NCBI GenBank assembly: GCA_963803045.1 | Contig: CAWDLC010000014.1 | Location: 50,003-114,002, forward strand | Direction: 5' to 3' | Source: Candidatus Binataceae bacterium | GTDB taxonomy: Bacteria; Desulfobacterota; Binatia; Binatales; Binataceae | Length of the DNA: 64,000 nt | Shown here: piece by piece, positions 18,543 through 27,860 of the stretch | Layout of the letters: the number at the start of each line of letters is the position of its first letter | How positions within the stretch are numbered: the first letter of the stretch is position 1 | Notes under the pieces: model-generated | Database searches by the model: none | The model's input: only the letters and a program-made list of their open reading frames with translations | What the model was told of the DNA's origin: nothing | Translations under genes and position numbers: made by a program

Positions 18543-19850
18543 AGGTAGCCTAATTGCCGGGCGCCGAGACGAAGTTGCTCGTGAAATTTCGGATGAGCTA
18601 TTGCAATCAGCGCTTCGGCTCTGTCCGCTGTCGATTTCCCGGTGAGGCAAGCCACTCCATACTCGGTAGCGACATACTGAGTATCGGTTCTTGGATCGGT
18701 AGTGGGTCCTTCGATCTTTGGGACGATACGCGAGATGGTGCCTTTGCCCGCGGTCGAGTACGCGGCGAGAATCGATTTGCCGCCCTTCGATAGCTGAGCG
18801 CCGCGCACGAAATCCAACTGGCCGCCGGGAGCGCTGTACTGCTTGCCCATGATCGCTTCGGAATTGACGGCGCCGTCGAGGCCGACCTCGAGAAACGCGT
18901 TGATCGAGATCACGCAATCGTTCTGTCCGATGACGTTCGGGTCATTCACATAATCAACGGGGCGGGCCTCCATGCTCGAATTGTCGTTGAGAAATTCGTA
19001 GAAAGGTTGGTCGCCGACCGCCAGGGTGTACACGTTCTTGTATCGATTCAGGTTCTTGTACCTGTTCGTGACGGTGCCCGACTGAATCAGCGCCGCCACG
19101 GGGGGCATCATCGAGCTCACTGTGTATGCCCAAATCCTTGTGGCCGTGCAGGGCGGCGCATACAGCGTTGGGTACTCCACCGACTCCTACCTGGAGCGTC
19201 GCGCGGTCCGGGATCAGCTCGACGATGTGCTTGCTGATCACATTGTCCAATGGCGTCGGTGGCCGGGAAGGCACCGAGAACAGCGGACTTTCATTTTCGA
19301 CAATCGCCGCGACTTCCGATATGTGCACCGACGAATCGCCGAACACGCGCGGCATCCTGGGATTGACTTCAACGATCAGATTCTTTGCGATTCGTGCGGT
19401 CGGGATCGTGTAGTCGGAGTTGGTGCCGCAACTGAAGAATCCGCCTTTGTCCATCGGCGCGACCATCATAATGAATGCGTCGATTCCCATTTCGCGCAAC
19501 ACGCGCGGCATCGCACTGAAATTGCCCGGCATGTAGAAGACGACGCGCCGATTATCCTGTTGGCCCCGCTCGAAGAGCATTCGTTCGATAATCGTAGGGA
19601 AGAAGGGATGCGGCTTGATGACGTCCATGTATTCGTACTTTAGGATCGTGGCGGCGGCGGCTGCGACTGAGTGCGAATAGTAAACGCGAAGCTCCTCGAT
19701 CTTGCGGCTCTTCACTCGATTCTCGAGCGCTCCTAACAAGGCGGGCGGTTCGCTGATCGCCATGCCCATCGAGAGGGTGCCTCGCGATGGAATCAACTCC
19801 GCCGCCGCCGCCGGCATCATCAACTTGGATTTGTATTCGGTTTCGTACAT
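18539..19850 (-). pseudogene. acetyl-CoA hydrolase/transferase family (4-hydroxybutyrate CoA-transferase-like), one +1 frame disruption (or assembly indel)
   Basis: Two overlapping ORFs (19850->18954 and 19180->18539) carry consecutive parts of one homolog. Deleting one G from the G6 run at 19100-19105 joins ...HGHKDLGIHSELDDAP to VAALIQSGTVTN... and yields a continuous 436-aa protein. Confidence 0.85.
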
Positions 19851-19873
19851 GTACTGTCCGTTTCCCGGCCCCA

Positions 19874-20056
19874 TTACCTGGGGATCTCTGTACGGCGCCG
19901 CGAAGCAGGCGTGTAGTGGGTCATCTTTTTGTAGATGGCCATCACTATACTGTAGAACTGCCTGCCGCGCGCGTTCGGATATTCCTCTCGGGCGCGGGCC
20001 TTCGCGCGTTCCCACGCGATCTCGTCTTCTGGAGTCTTGACTACACCGACCGGCAT
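19874..20056 (-). CDS. small conserved hypothetical protein (60 aa)
   Basis: ATG at 20056 with GGAGG 9 nt upstream: MPVGVVKTPEDEIAWERAKARAREEYPNARGRQFYSIVMAIYKKMTHYTP.... It is the first gene of the CoA-transferase/ATPase transcription unit. Confidence 0.6.
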   Translation of the reverse strand: MPVGVVKTPEDEIAWERAKARAREEYPNARGRQFYSIVMAIYKKMTHYTPASRRRTEIPR

Positions 20057-20165
20057 AAGGTGGACCTCCTGCTGACTATCCGATCGCACCACTTGGATGC
20101 GGAGGCAAGCCCGGATAACAGCTCAATGGATCAAGCGCTCGCCTGAGTGTTATTCTTCGCGGACG

Positions 20166-21005
20166 ATGTTGTCGCGGCAAGAAAAAGCCACGAAGCAGGA
20201 GTGGACCGAGGAGCGCCGATATTTCGAATCGGACGGCCGCCCGCTGTACGGAGTGATGCATCGGGCACGGCGGGGCGCGCTGCTGGTGGTCTTCTGCAAC
20301 AGCTTTTCCGAGAATCATTGCGAGGGGAGAGCGGAGGCGATCGCGGCGCGGATCGTCGCGGCAAACGGCTACTCCGCCTTTCTGTATCATCCGCGGGCGC
20401 ATGGCGATTCGGCCGGCGACCTTGAGGACGTCACATTCGAGGGTCTGATCGAAGACGCAGTGAACGCCGCGACCTACGCGCGCAGTCGATGCGACGCGCC
20501 GCAAATCGTGTGGGTTGGCGTTCGGTTCGGAGCGCTAGTTGCCGCGCATGCGATCCGCAGAATTACTGACTCAATCGGGCTTGCGCTCTGGGAGCCCGTG
20601 CTGAGCGCGCGCGACTACTTCCTCAAGTCGATGCGCCACGTCATGTATTACGAAATGTCGCAAGGCGAGCGGCCGTCGCTGACGGTCGATCAGATGAGTG
20701 AGCGCCTTAAGCGCGAGGGCAAAATCTCCGTGCTCGGATTCGACCTCTACAGGAAGTTCTTCGAGAGCGCCCAGGGGGTGGACCTGCTGGACGCGCTCCA
20801 ACCCTGGCGCGGCCCGACCCTGATCGCGCAGTTTCAGAAGCACTCCCGGCTCTCGCGCGAACACAACCGGTTGCGTGAGACTCTCGTCCGGCGCGGTCTA
20901 AGCGTGCGCGCACTTCTACATCGCGGGCCGGGCGGAAGCGACCCCTGGTGGACGCCGGAAGCAATCGCACGACAGACAGGAGACTGGCTCGATGAATTGG
21001 CGTGA
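20166..21005 (+). CDS. alpha/beta-hydrolase-fold protein resembling 'hydrolase 2, exosortase A system-associated'
   Basis: 279 aa from the internal ATG. Contains LLVVFCNSFSENHCEGRAEAIAARIVAANGYSAFLYHPRAHGDSAGD and a nucleophile-elbow position reading VWVGVRFGALVAAHA, with Arg where Ser is expected. The family assignment is from memory of the hydr2_PEP pattern. Confidence 0.55.
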   Translation: MLSRQEKATKQEWTEERRYFESDGRPLYGVMHRARRGALLVVFCNSFSENHCEGRAEAIAARIVAANGYSAFLYHPRAHGDSAGDLEDVTFEGLIEDAVNAATYARSRCDAPQIVWVGVRFGALVAAHAIRRITDSIGLALWEPVLSARDYFLKSMRHVMYYEMSQGERPSLTVDQMSERLKREGKISVLGFDLYRKFFESAQGVDLLDALQPWRGPTLIAQFQKHSRLSREHNRLRETLVRRGLSVRALLHRGPGGSDPWWTPEAIARQTGDWLDELA

Positions 21006-21849
21006 AACTCCTGCCACCCTAAGCCGCGCACGCGCCGAGCAGCCTCTTGTATTCAAGGGCCCGAAGGGCGCTCTGCACGGGATCTTCACGCCACCTGCCC
21101 CTGACGCTCCACCGGCGAGCGCGTGCGTCGTTTTCCCGGGCCGCCCGCGTTCGGGGCTTCGCCGTCTTCTGGTACTCGCCGCACGAATCCTTGCCGCCGA
21201 GGGATTCGCGGCCCTCAGATTCGACCTGCGAGGTCGCGGCGAGAGCGCCGGCGAGGTTGCGCTGCCGAGCCGGATGGAGCCGCTCGGTGAAGACGTGGTT
21301 GCCGCGATTCGTCACCTGCGTGAAGCGCACGGGCAGCAGCAGTTTATTCTCGCCGGTTACTGCTTCGACGGGCTGAGCGCGCTCGACTCATTCAAGGACG
21401 AAGCCGGCGCGATCGTTGGCCTGTTCTTTGCCGCCGCCGCGGTCCTCGAGGAGAAGCCTGGCGGATCGCCCGCGAACAACCGCGCGCGCAGCCCCGCATC
21501 GCTCCTGCGCTCAATGGTCAGGCGCGCGCCTGCCCCAAAGATACTGGACAGTTTCGAGATTTCCTTCAGAGCGCTGGCGCGCTCGCATGCGCGCGCGCTC
21601 TTTCTCTACGGAGAGCAGGACCGGCTGCGCGCGGAGTTCCGGATCGCCGAGGAGGTTCTGTTCTCGCAGCTCGACAGCGAAGCGCGCGGGCGGCTCCAGA
21701 TCGAGATCTGGCCCGGCCGCATTCATACCGTCGAGAGCCAGCCCGCGGTCATCGAGCGCGCAATATCGTGGCTGCGCGAATTTCATCCCGCGCGCAGCGA
21801 GAGCGGTGCTCGGCGCGAACCGCGCCAGCCGATCTCTCAGGAGTCGTAG
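20992..21849 (+). CDS. alpha/beta-hydrolase-fold protein resembling 'hydrolase 1, exosortase A system-associated'
   Basis: 285 aa, overlapping the upstream gene by 14 nt. Contains LHGIFTPP...ARILAAEGFAALRFDLRGRGESAGE, with elbow FILAGYCFDGLSAL (Cys, not Ser). The assignment is from memory of the hydr1_PEP pattern. Confidence 0.55.
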   Translation: MNWRETPATLSRARAEQPLVFKGPKGALHGIFTPPAPDAPPASACVVFPGRPRSGLRRLLVLAARILAAEGFAALRFDLRGRGESAGEVALPSRMEPLGEDVVAAIRHLREAHGQQQFILAGYCFDGLSALDSFKDEAGAIVGLFFAAAAVLEEKPGGSPANNRARSPASLLRSMVRRAPAPKILDSFEISFRALARSHARALFLYGEQDRLRAEFRIAEEVLFSQLDSEARGRLQIEIWPGRIHTVESQPAVIERAISWLREFHPARSESGARREPRQPISQES

Positions 21850-21853
21850 CTCG

Positions 21854-23443
21854 ATGCCGACGCTGCCATCTTTCCTTACCGCGACGGCGTCGCGTCACGG
21901 CGCGCGATCAGCGCTGTTGATAGACGATCGGGTTCTCACTTATGCCGAACTCGACGCAGGCGCCGACCGAATTGCTCACTCATTGATTCGGCACGGAATC
22001 CGCACCGGAGATCGCGTGGCTCTCTGGCTGCCGAAGTCGCTCGAGGCGATCGTCTCCATCTGGGGCATCCTCAAGGCTGGGGCAGCCTTCGTGCCAGTTG
22101 ACCCGGCCGCGCCCGCGTCGCGCCTGGCGGCCATCGCACGCGATTGCGGGGTCCGAGCCCTGGTCACGGCGTTGGACCGCGCCGACGATCTGCAGCAGGC
22201 CTTCAGTACCAGCGCGCCGATGCGCACGGTTATCTATGCCGGCGATGGGGCTCATCCAGCTCCCGCGGCGGCATGGTCCTCCCAGACATGGAACGAAGTC
22301 GAGGCCGAGAGTGCGGAGCCGCCGCCGGTTCACATCGATGATGCCGGTCTCGCTGTCGTGCAGTACACCTCGGGTTCCACCGGGACGCCCAAGGGCGTGA
22401 TGGTGTCGCATCGCGCTCTGGCCGGGCAGGCCCAGTGGACCGTAACGTCGTTAGGGCTTTCGAGCGAGGACCGCATCCCGGGCTACACGCCGCTCAGCAG
22501 CGCGATGTCAACGTTCGAGATCTTCGGCGGGGTCCGCGCGGGCGCTGCCGTGTATCCAGTCCCGCCGCGGCTGGCGCCGTTCCCGGCCGCGGTCGCGAAA
22601 AGCTGGAGCGATCAGCGGATCACCGCCGTCTTTGCGGTGGTGAGCGTGCTCCAGATGCTGCTAAGCCGCGGAAATCTCGGCGCGCTCGACTTCTCCGCGC
22701 TTCGAATCATCGTGATAGGAGGCGAACACTTGCCGGCGCAGCGGCTCGGCGAGCTGATGCGGCTTTTGCCCCGGGTTCGTTTCGTCATCTCGTATGGCCG
22801 CACCGAAGCGAAGCTTCGCTCCTTGCACGAGGTGAAATTTCCGCCCGAAGAGACTGACACGCGCACAATCGGCAAGACGGCGGCGGATACGGGGCTGCTG
22901 GTGCTCGGCGAGGATGAGAAGCCGGTCGCGGACGGCGCGATTGGAGAGCTCTGGATCACCGGACCGGGCCTGATGCTCGGTTACTACGGACTTCCGGAGA
23001 TGACTGCGGAGTTTCTGCGAACCATCAGGCTCGGCCCGAGTGAGAGCGTGCCCGCGTGCCGCACGGGCGATCTGGTGCGCCGGCGCGCGGACGGAACGCT
23101 GGAGCTGATCGGCCGTGCTGATGAGCAGGTCAAAGTACGCGGCTACAGAGTTGAAACCGGGGAGATCGAAACCGCACTCTGTCGTCATCCTGCGGTCCAG
23201 GCGGCGGTGGTGATCGCCGTGCCCGATCCGGAGACTGGCAATCGGCTGAGAGCAGTTGTGGTGCTGAAGAACGGTTCGCAGGCCGCCGAACAAACGCTGC
23301 GCGGTCATTGCGCCGCGGAGCTACCACTTTACATGGTGCCCGAGGCAATCGAATTTCGCGCGAGCCTGCCCCTGATGAGCAACGGCAAAGTCGATCGGCG
23401 CAGTCTGCGCGAGAGCGCCGCGCGTTCGGCCAGCGAGAGCTGA
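21854..23443 (+). CDS. acyl-CoA/acyl-ACP ligase (AMP-forming adenylation enzyme)
   Basis: Internal ATG 21854, 4 nt after the upstream stop; 529 aa. Motifs: YAELDAGADRIAHSL, VQYTSGSTGTPKGVMVSH, TGDLVRRRADGTLELIGRADEQVKVRGYRVE, NGKVDRR. Confidence 0.9.
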   Translation: MPTLPSFLTATASRHGARSALLIDDRVLTYAELDAGADRIAHSLIRHGIRTGDRVALWLPKSLEAIVSIWGILKAGAAFVPVDPAAPASRLAAIARDCGVRALVTALDRADDLQQAFSTSAPMRTVIYAGDGAHPAPAAAWSSQTWNEVEAESAEPPPVHIDDAGLAVVQYTSGSTGTPKGVMVSHRALAGQAQWTVTSLGLSSEDRIPGYTPLSSAMSTFEIFGGVRAGAAVYPVPPRLAPFPAAVAKSWSDQRITAVFAVVSVLQMLLSRGNLGALDFSALRIIVIGGEHLPAQRLGELMRLLPRVRFVISYGRTEAKLRSLHEVKFPPEETDTRTIGKTAADTGLLVLGEDEKPVADGAIGELWITGPGLMLGYYGLPEMTAEFLRTIRLGPSESVPACRTGDLVRRRADGTLELIGRADEQVKVRGYRVETGEIETALCRHPAVQAAVVIAVPDPETGNRLRAVVVLKNGSQAAEQTLRGHCAAELPLYMVPEAIEFRASLPLMSNGKVDRRSLRESAARSASES

Positions 23444-23448
23444 TACTG

Positions 23449-23697
23449 ATGAAGAGCATCGAAAGCAGGCTGCGCGAGTTTCTACTCCAGCTCCCCGCCG
23501 CGCGGAAAATCCGCGATCTGAAGCCCGGCGACTCGCTGTTCCAACGCGGCCTGCTCGACTCGATGGGAGTCATCAAGACGGTGGCATTTTGCGAGGAGAC
23601 CTTCGGAATCGAGATCCGTGACGAGGAAGTTCTGCCGGAGAATTTCGAGAGCATGCGCGCCCTGTCGCGGCTGATCAAGCGGGCGCAATCGCGATGA
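23449..23697 (+). CDS. acyl carrier protein (DltC-like)
   Basis: 82 aa with the phosphopantetheine site LLDSMG and EETFGIEIRDEEVLPENFESM. It starts 5 nt after the ligase stop. Confidence 0.8.
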   Translation: MKSIESRLREFLLQLPAARKIRDLKPGDSLFQRGLLDSMGVIKTVAFCEETFGIEIRDEEVLPENFESMRALSRLIKRAQSR

Positions 23698-23867
23698 GCC
23701 TTACTCGCTCACGCGGCCCGGGCAAATAGGCGAAGCTGCCACGCTCGCGCGCCAGAAGCCAGGGCGATGCGACATGAACACTTCTCGATTTCTTCAGTGA
23801 ATTGTTTCTCGTAGATGCAATTGAGATGGCCGGCGCCCTGAAACATTGGCGTCTCGCGCGAACCCGG

Positions 23868-25292
23868 CTAACGCCAGGCCGGGGAATCGCTGCCGAGCGG
23901 CGCGGGCGGGATATCCCATCGCGGCGCCGTTTCCGACATGCGCGCAATCGGCCCCAGCCGCGATAGAGGCCCCCAAGCGCTATTCATCTCAATGATCCAG
24001 GGAGCAATCGCCGCCGCATCGAGTCCCGCAGGTACGGCGTCTGGCGCGGTGCGCGGCAGCGACATGATCCACATCGCAGTGCGCGCCAGCGACACCCGAA
24101 CGTGCCAGCTGCCGCCTTCAACTGCGCGGCGCGCGAGCGCGCACATCACGCCCAGCGCGCCGAGATAACCTGTCGTGTAGTCGGTGATCGCGGCCGGCAC
24201 CAGCGCGGGATGCTCGTCGCCGGCGTGCTCGTGCGCCATGCCGGTAACAGTCTGCGCGAGTTGTTCCCATCCTGGGCGCCCCGCGAACGGACCTTCATGT
24301 CCGTAGCAGTCGATCGATACCACTATGATGCCGGGCCGCATCTGCGCCAGTGCTTCGGGCGCGAAGCCGCGCCGCGCGAGAGCCCCCGGACGGTATCCTT
24401 GCGAGAACACGTGCGCGTCGCGGACCAGCGCGCGCAATTGCTCGGCGTCTTCCTTGCGATCGAGTTCCAGATAGCACGAGTGCTTGCCAGGATTGGTATC
24501 GATCACGAAAGGCTCAATTGACGGCAGCTTGGGCCCTCGCACATGCAGCACCTGCGCGCCATGCTCCGCCAGGGTCCGTGCGCAGGTCGGTCCCGCCAGC
24601 ACGCGCGTCAGATCGAGAACGCGCACGCCCGAAAGCGGCCGAGCGCCATGCTCAGCGGCCCGAGGTGCGGGAAGCGGCTCACGGGCCGCATCGCCGAGGC
24701 GAAGCATCTCGACCACAGGCACTCGCGCGAGCGCGATCCCCTGCGGATGAACGCGCCACTCGTCGGCGCTGCGGAGCTTCGCTCCGCATACGCCACGCTC
24801 GGCGAGCGCATCTTCAAGCGCTTGGGCATCCCAGGATGCGACTGCCTTCGCGATCGCGGCGGGAACGTCATCGCATCTCAAAAGCGCAAGCGTGCCTTCA
24901 CGCGAACGGAATCCGCCGTGCAGATGAATCCATTGCCCGTCACGCGCTTGATAGAGCGCGGTCGTGGGCTGCCCGCGCCGCTCAAACGGGGCACCTTGAT
25001 ACCTCAAGTATGCGAACGACACGAGCGACGCGGCCGCGGCGCGCACGTCCACCTCGATGCGCTGCGGACGGCCGCCGCGCGTGCACCACAGATCGGCGGC
25101 GGCGGTCGCATTCGCGGCGAGAACCGCGGCCGCTGCCTCACCGGCGCGAAATCGAGTCGCGATTACCGGATCACGTCCGGTGATTTGTAGCGCGTGTTGA
25201 TTCGGATTGCCCGCGCCTCCGAGCGGAGCAAGAAGATCGCTCATCCACCTGACCGGTTCCACCGGTGAAGAGGCCGTCTGCGAAGCCGCCAT
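23868..25292 (-). CDS. family III CoA-transferase (CaiB/BaiF) with atypical domain order
   Basis: 474 aa. The signature SGVRVLDLTRVLAGPTCARTLAEHGAQV lies around residue 220 rather than at the N-terminus. The preceding about 215 aa resemble the small-domain/C-terminal half of canonical members (LYQARDGQWIHLHG..., ...SADEWRVHPQG). Confidence 0.75.
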   Translation of the reverse strand: MAASQTASSPVEPVRWMSDLLAPLGGAGNPNQHALQITGRDPVIATRFRAGEAAAAVLAANATAAADLWCTRGGRPQRIEVDVRAAAASLVSFAYLRYQGAPFERRGQPTTALYQARDGQWIHLHGGFRSREGTLALLRCDDVPAAIAKAVASWDAQALEDALAERGVCGAKLRSADEWRVHPQGIALARVPVVEMLRLGDAAREPLPAPRAAEHGARPLSGVRVLDLTRVLAGPTCARTLAEHGAQVLHVRGPKLPSIEPFVIDTNPGKHSCYLELDRKEDAEQLRALVRDAHVFSQGYRPGALARRGFAPEALAQMRPGIIVVSIDCYGHEGPFAGRPGWEQLAQTVTGMAHEHAGDEHPALVPAAITDYTTGYLGALGVMCALARRAVEGGSWHVRVSLARTAMWIMSLPRTAPDAVPAGLDAAAIAPWIIEMNSAWGPLSRLGPIARMSETAPRWDIPPAPLGSDSPAWR

Positions 25293-25404
25293 GCGCCGAA
25301 GCTAGCACTGGAACAAACGGATCGGAAAACGCTCGATCGCTCCGGGTTTGAGGAGTTTGCCGAACGCTGCGGAACCTGCTTGAATTCGCTTCGAGGACGA
25401 CAAC

Positions 25405-26289
25405 ATGAATTCAGAAATCGAGTTGCGCGACCACGTGTTCGCCGGCCCGTTGCGCCGATCGGTGAACAACGCTCGCAATGTCGCGGGGAGCATCCATGAT
25501 GACGCGATGGCGACCAAGCTCGGGTTTCGCGGCGGCACCGTCGCCGGATCGATCCACCTGGAGCTGTTTCCGCCGCTGCTGCTGAAAGCGTTCGGCAAGC
25601 GATGGTTTGAACGCGGCACTATCTCGATGTATTTCCTGAACGCGACGACCGACCGTGAAGCGGTCCGCGCGTTCCTCAAAGAGCCGCCCCCCGACGCGAC
25701 CGACGCGCAGGTCGATGTCTGGGTCGAGCGCGATGACGGCATGCGCGTCGCGGAAGGCACCGCGTCCGTCGGGCGCCCCGAGGAGCCAACCGCATTGCTG
25801 CGCCGTCCGCTCGATCGATTCGATGCGGGTCAATTGCGGATACTGGGCCCGCTTAAGGTCGGCGATCGCTTCGAGGAATGCGACGTATTTCTGACGAAAG
25901 ATACGATGACCGAACGGATGAAAGTCATCACCGAACCGCTGGAATGGTACACCACGCCCTCGCCATGGGGCGGTGCAATCGCCACTCCGGCGGCGATGGT
26001 GCAGCTTCTCTACGCAAAATCGATCGCGACTCTGCGCGACAAACTCGGCCCGGCAGTGGGACTGTTCGGTGCGATCGAACTGCGCAACATCAGCGGCCCG
26101 GTCCTGGTCGAACGTCCATACCGTGTGACCGGGACTATCGTGGCGCTGGGTCAGAGCCCCAAGACCGAATTCATGTGGTTCGAGACCGCGCTGAATGAAG
26201 TGGCCGGCAAGCGCATCGCCGAGATGAGGATGCAGCTGCGCTTCATGAAAGCGTCGTCGCCGCTGTACAAGGACGCGGTCGCAAGCTGA
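25405..26289 (+). CDS. hotdog-fold (MaoC dehydratase-like) protein
   Basis: 294 aa. SIHDDAMATKLGFRGGTVAGSIHL resembles the MaoC hydratase motif region, and the length suits a double hotdog. Confidence 0.5.
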   Translation: MNSEIELRDHVFAGPLRRSVNNARNVAGSIHDDAMATKLGFRGGTVAGSIHLELFPPLLLKAFGKRWFERGTISMYFLNATTDREAVRAFLKEPPPDATDAQVDVWVERDDGMRVAEGTASVGRPEEPTALLRRPLDRFDAGQLRILGPLKVGDRFEECDVFLTKDTMTERMKVITEPLEWYTTPSPWGGAIATPAAMVQLLYAKSIATLRDKLGPAVGLFGAIELRNISGPVLVERPYRVTGTIVALGQSPKTEFMWFETALNEVAGKRIAEMRMQLRFMKASSPLYKDAVAS

Positions 26290-26391
26290 TCCGCCGGGGC
26301 TAGGCATAGTCGCCTGTTCCGCCGACCAGGAACGAGAGCGGCCACATCGCGAACCATGCCGCGCAGCGTCGATGCCGGGAGCGAGTGCTAG

Positions 26392-27747
26392 TCAGGCGCC
26401 GCCGATGCGCCGCTCGTAAGCCCAGTCCTCGGTTCTCAGGTAGGCCCTCAGCGCAGCGCCGATCGCGATCCGGAGCGGTTCGGGCGGCCACGGAATCACT
26501 CTTCGATCAACGAACGGGCACTGCAGTTCGCTCTTGCGCTCCAGCACCAGGTCGCGCAGCACGCACGCGTTCAGGTGGCTCATCGAGACCCCGTGGCCGA
26601 TACAGCCGAGCGCGTAAACTGCGCGCTGGTCACCCAGATGGCCGATTGCGGGGGTAAGATCGAGCGTGACCGAAAACGGTCCGCCCCATCGATGGGTGAT
26701 CCGAACCCCGCGCAGCGACGGGAAGAGGAAGGCGATGTGCTCCTCGAGATGACGCCACGCGGACTCGGAGCGATCGCCGTCCAGGCCGTTCGCCCAAGTC
26801 AGTCCGACCGGACCGCCGCCCATCACCAAGCGGCGGTCGGGCGTCAGCCGATAATAGTGGATGAGATTGCGCGCGTCCTCGATTCCCTCCAACCCTCGCC
26901 ATCCGATCGGCTCAAGCCGCTCGGCACTCAGCGGCTCAGTTGCGACCATGTAGGTGAAGGCGGGCACTTGCTTGCGCCTGAGTGCGGGAAAGAGGTGCGA
27001 GTAGGCGTTGGTCGCGAACACGAGCTTGGCGGCGTTAACTGCTCCGCCCGGAGTTATGAGCCTGAAATTGGGCCGCGAGGTGATCTCGAGCACCGGGGTC
27101 TCTTCGTAAATCGACGCACCCGCTTCGAGCGCGAGCCGCTTGTCCTCGCGTACCAGTTGCGCCGGATTTACCAGGACCAGGCGCGGTTCCCACAGCGCGC
27201 CCAGATAGCACTCCGAGTTAACCCGGCCGCGCACTTCGTCGCGGCCGATCCATTCGATCCCGCTGAAGCCCAGCGACTGGATGAGCTTGATGTCGTGCTG
27301 GAGACGGCGAACGTAGGCCGGTGCGGTAGCGACGCGCAGGAAGCCGGGGCGAATACGGCTGCATTCGAGCTTTTCATCGAGGATTAGCCGGTCCAGGTTA
27401 TCAACCGCCTGCTCCATGTAGGCATGGGCGTCTCTGAGGAATTGCTTGCCGTGCAGCTTCGCGCTCACGCCCAGCCCAAGCCCGACCACCGTCATCGCGA
27501 ACGAGCGGTTGCGGCCGCTCGCGCCGTAGCCAACGGTCTTCGCTTCGAGCACTGCGACCTTGAGCGACGGGTCAGCGCGCCTGAGTTCGCGCGCGGTGGC
27601 AAGGCCGGTGAAACCGCCGCCGATGATCGCCACATCGGCATCGATTTCACCCTTGAGCAGCGGCTCGGGCGTGTACGGCCCGTAAGTGTCGAGCCAAAGC
27701 GAAAGCGGCGAGTCCGGCAGGAACATTGTCGTCACGGCTGTCTTCAT
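26392..27747 (-). CDS. FAD-dependent oxidoreductase (DAO family)
   Basis: ATG 27747 with GGAGG upstream; 451 aa. [18 protein letters not shown] is the dinucleotide-binding motif. Confidence 0.8.
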   Translation of the reverse strand: MKTAVTTMFLPDSPLSLWLDTYGPYTPEPLLKGEIDADVAIIGGGFTGLATARELRRADPSLKVAVLEAKTVGYGASGRNRSFAMTVVGLGLGVSAKLHGKQFLRDAHAYMEQAVDNLDRLILDEKLECSRIRPGFLRVATAPAYVRRLQHDIKLIQSLGFSGIEWIGRDEVRGRVNSECYLGALWEPRLVLVNPAQLVREDKRLALEAGASIYEETPVLEITSRPNFRLITPGGAVNAAKLVFATNAYSHLFPALRRKQVPAFTYMVATEPLSAERLEPIGWRGLEGIEDARNLIHYYRLTPDRRLVMGGGPVGLTWANGLDGDRSESAWRHLEEHIAFLFPSLRGVRITHRWGGPFSVTLDLTPAIGHLGDQRAVYALGCIGHGVSMSHLNACVLRDLVLERKSELQCPFVDRRVIPWPPEPLRIAIGAALRAYLRTEDWAYERRIGGA

Positions 27748-27860
27748 CCGGCCTCCTCGCTCGAAAGATGCTCGTCTTTCGGCCTGGCTTGCAACCGCCG
27801 CGACGGTGGATCGTCGTCGCCTTGGGTTTGCTCCTCTGCTGACTCGCGCGAGCAACCTGC

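Noticed and set aside
18543-18917. 125-codon N-terminal extension of the P-type ATPase ORF (the track starts it at 18917).
   Set aside because: The extension is Arg/Ser-rich and overlaps the 3' end of the CoA-transferase coding sequence in another frame. Homology to P3A pumps begins just after the GTG at 18542.
19021-19060. Apparent tandem duplication NRYKNL-NRYKNV in the CoA-transferase.
   Set aside because: The segment has the length I recall for the corresponding region of 4-hydroxybutyrate CoA-transferases, so it is probably chance similarity and not an insertion. I could not align it formally.
21416-21853. 146-codon upstream extension of the ligase ORF.
   Set aside because: It overlaps the hydrolase-1-like gene in another frame and is Arg/Ser/Ala-rich. 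The ligase homology starts at the ATG at 21854.
21854-23697. Ligase plus carrier protein read as an NRPS fragment.
   Set aside because: There is no condensation, thioesterase or epimerisation domain, and the proteins are free-standing. A DltA/DltC-like or exosortase-cassette-like loading pair is the better description.
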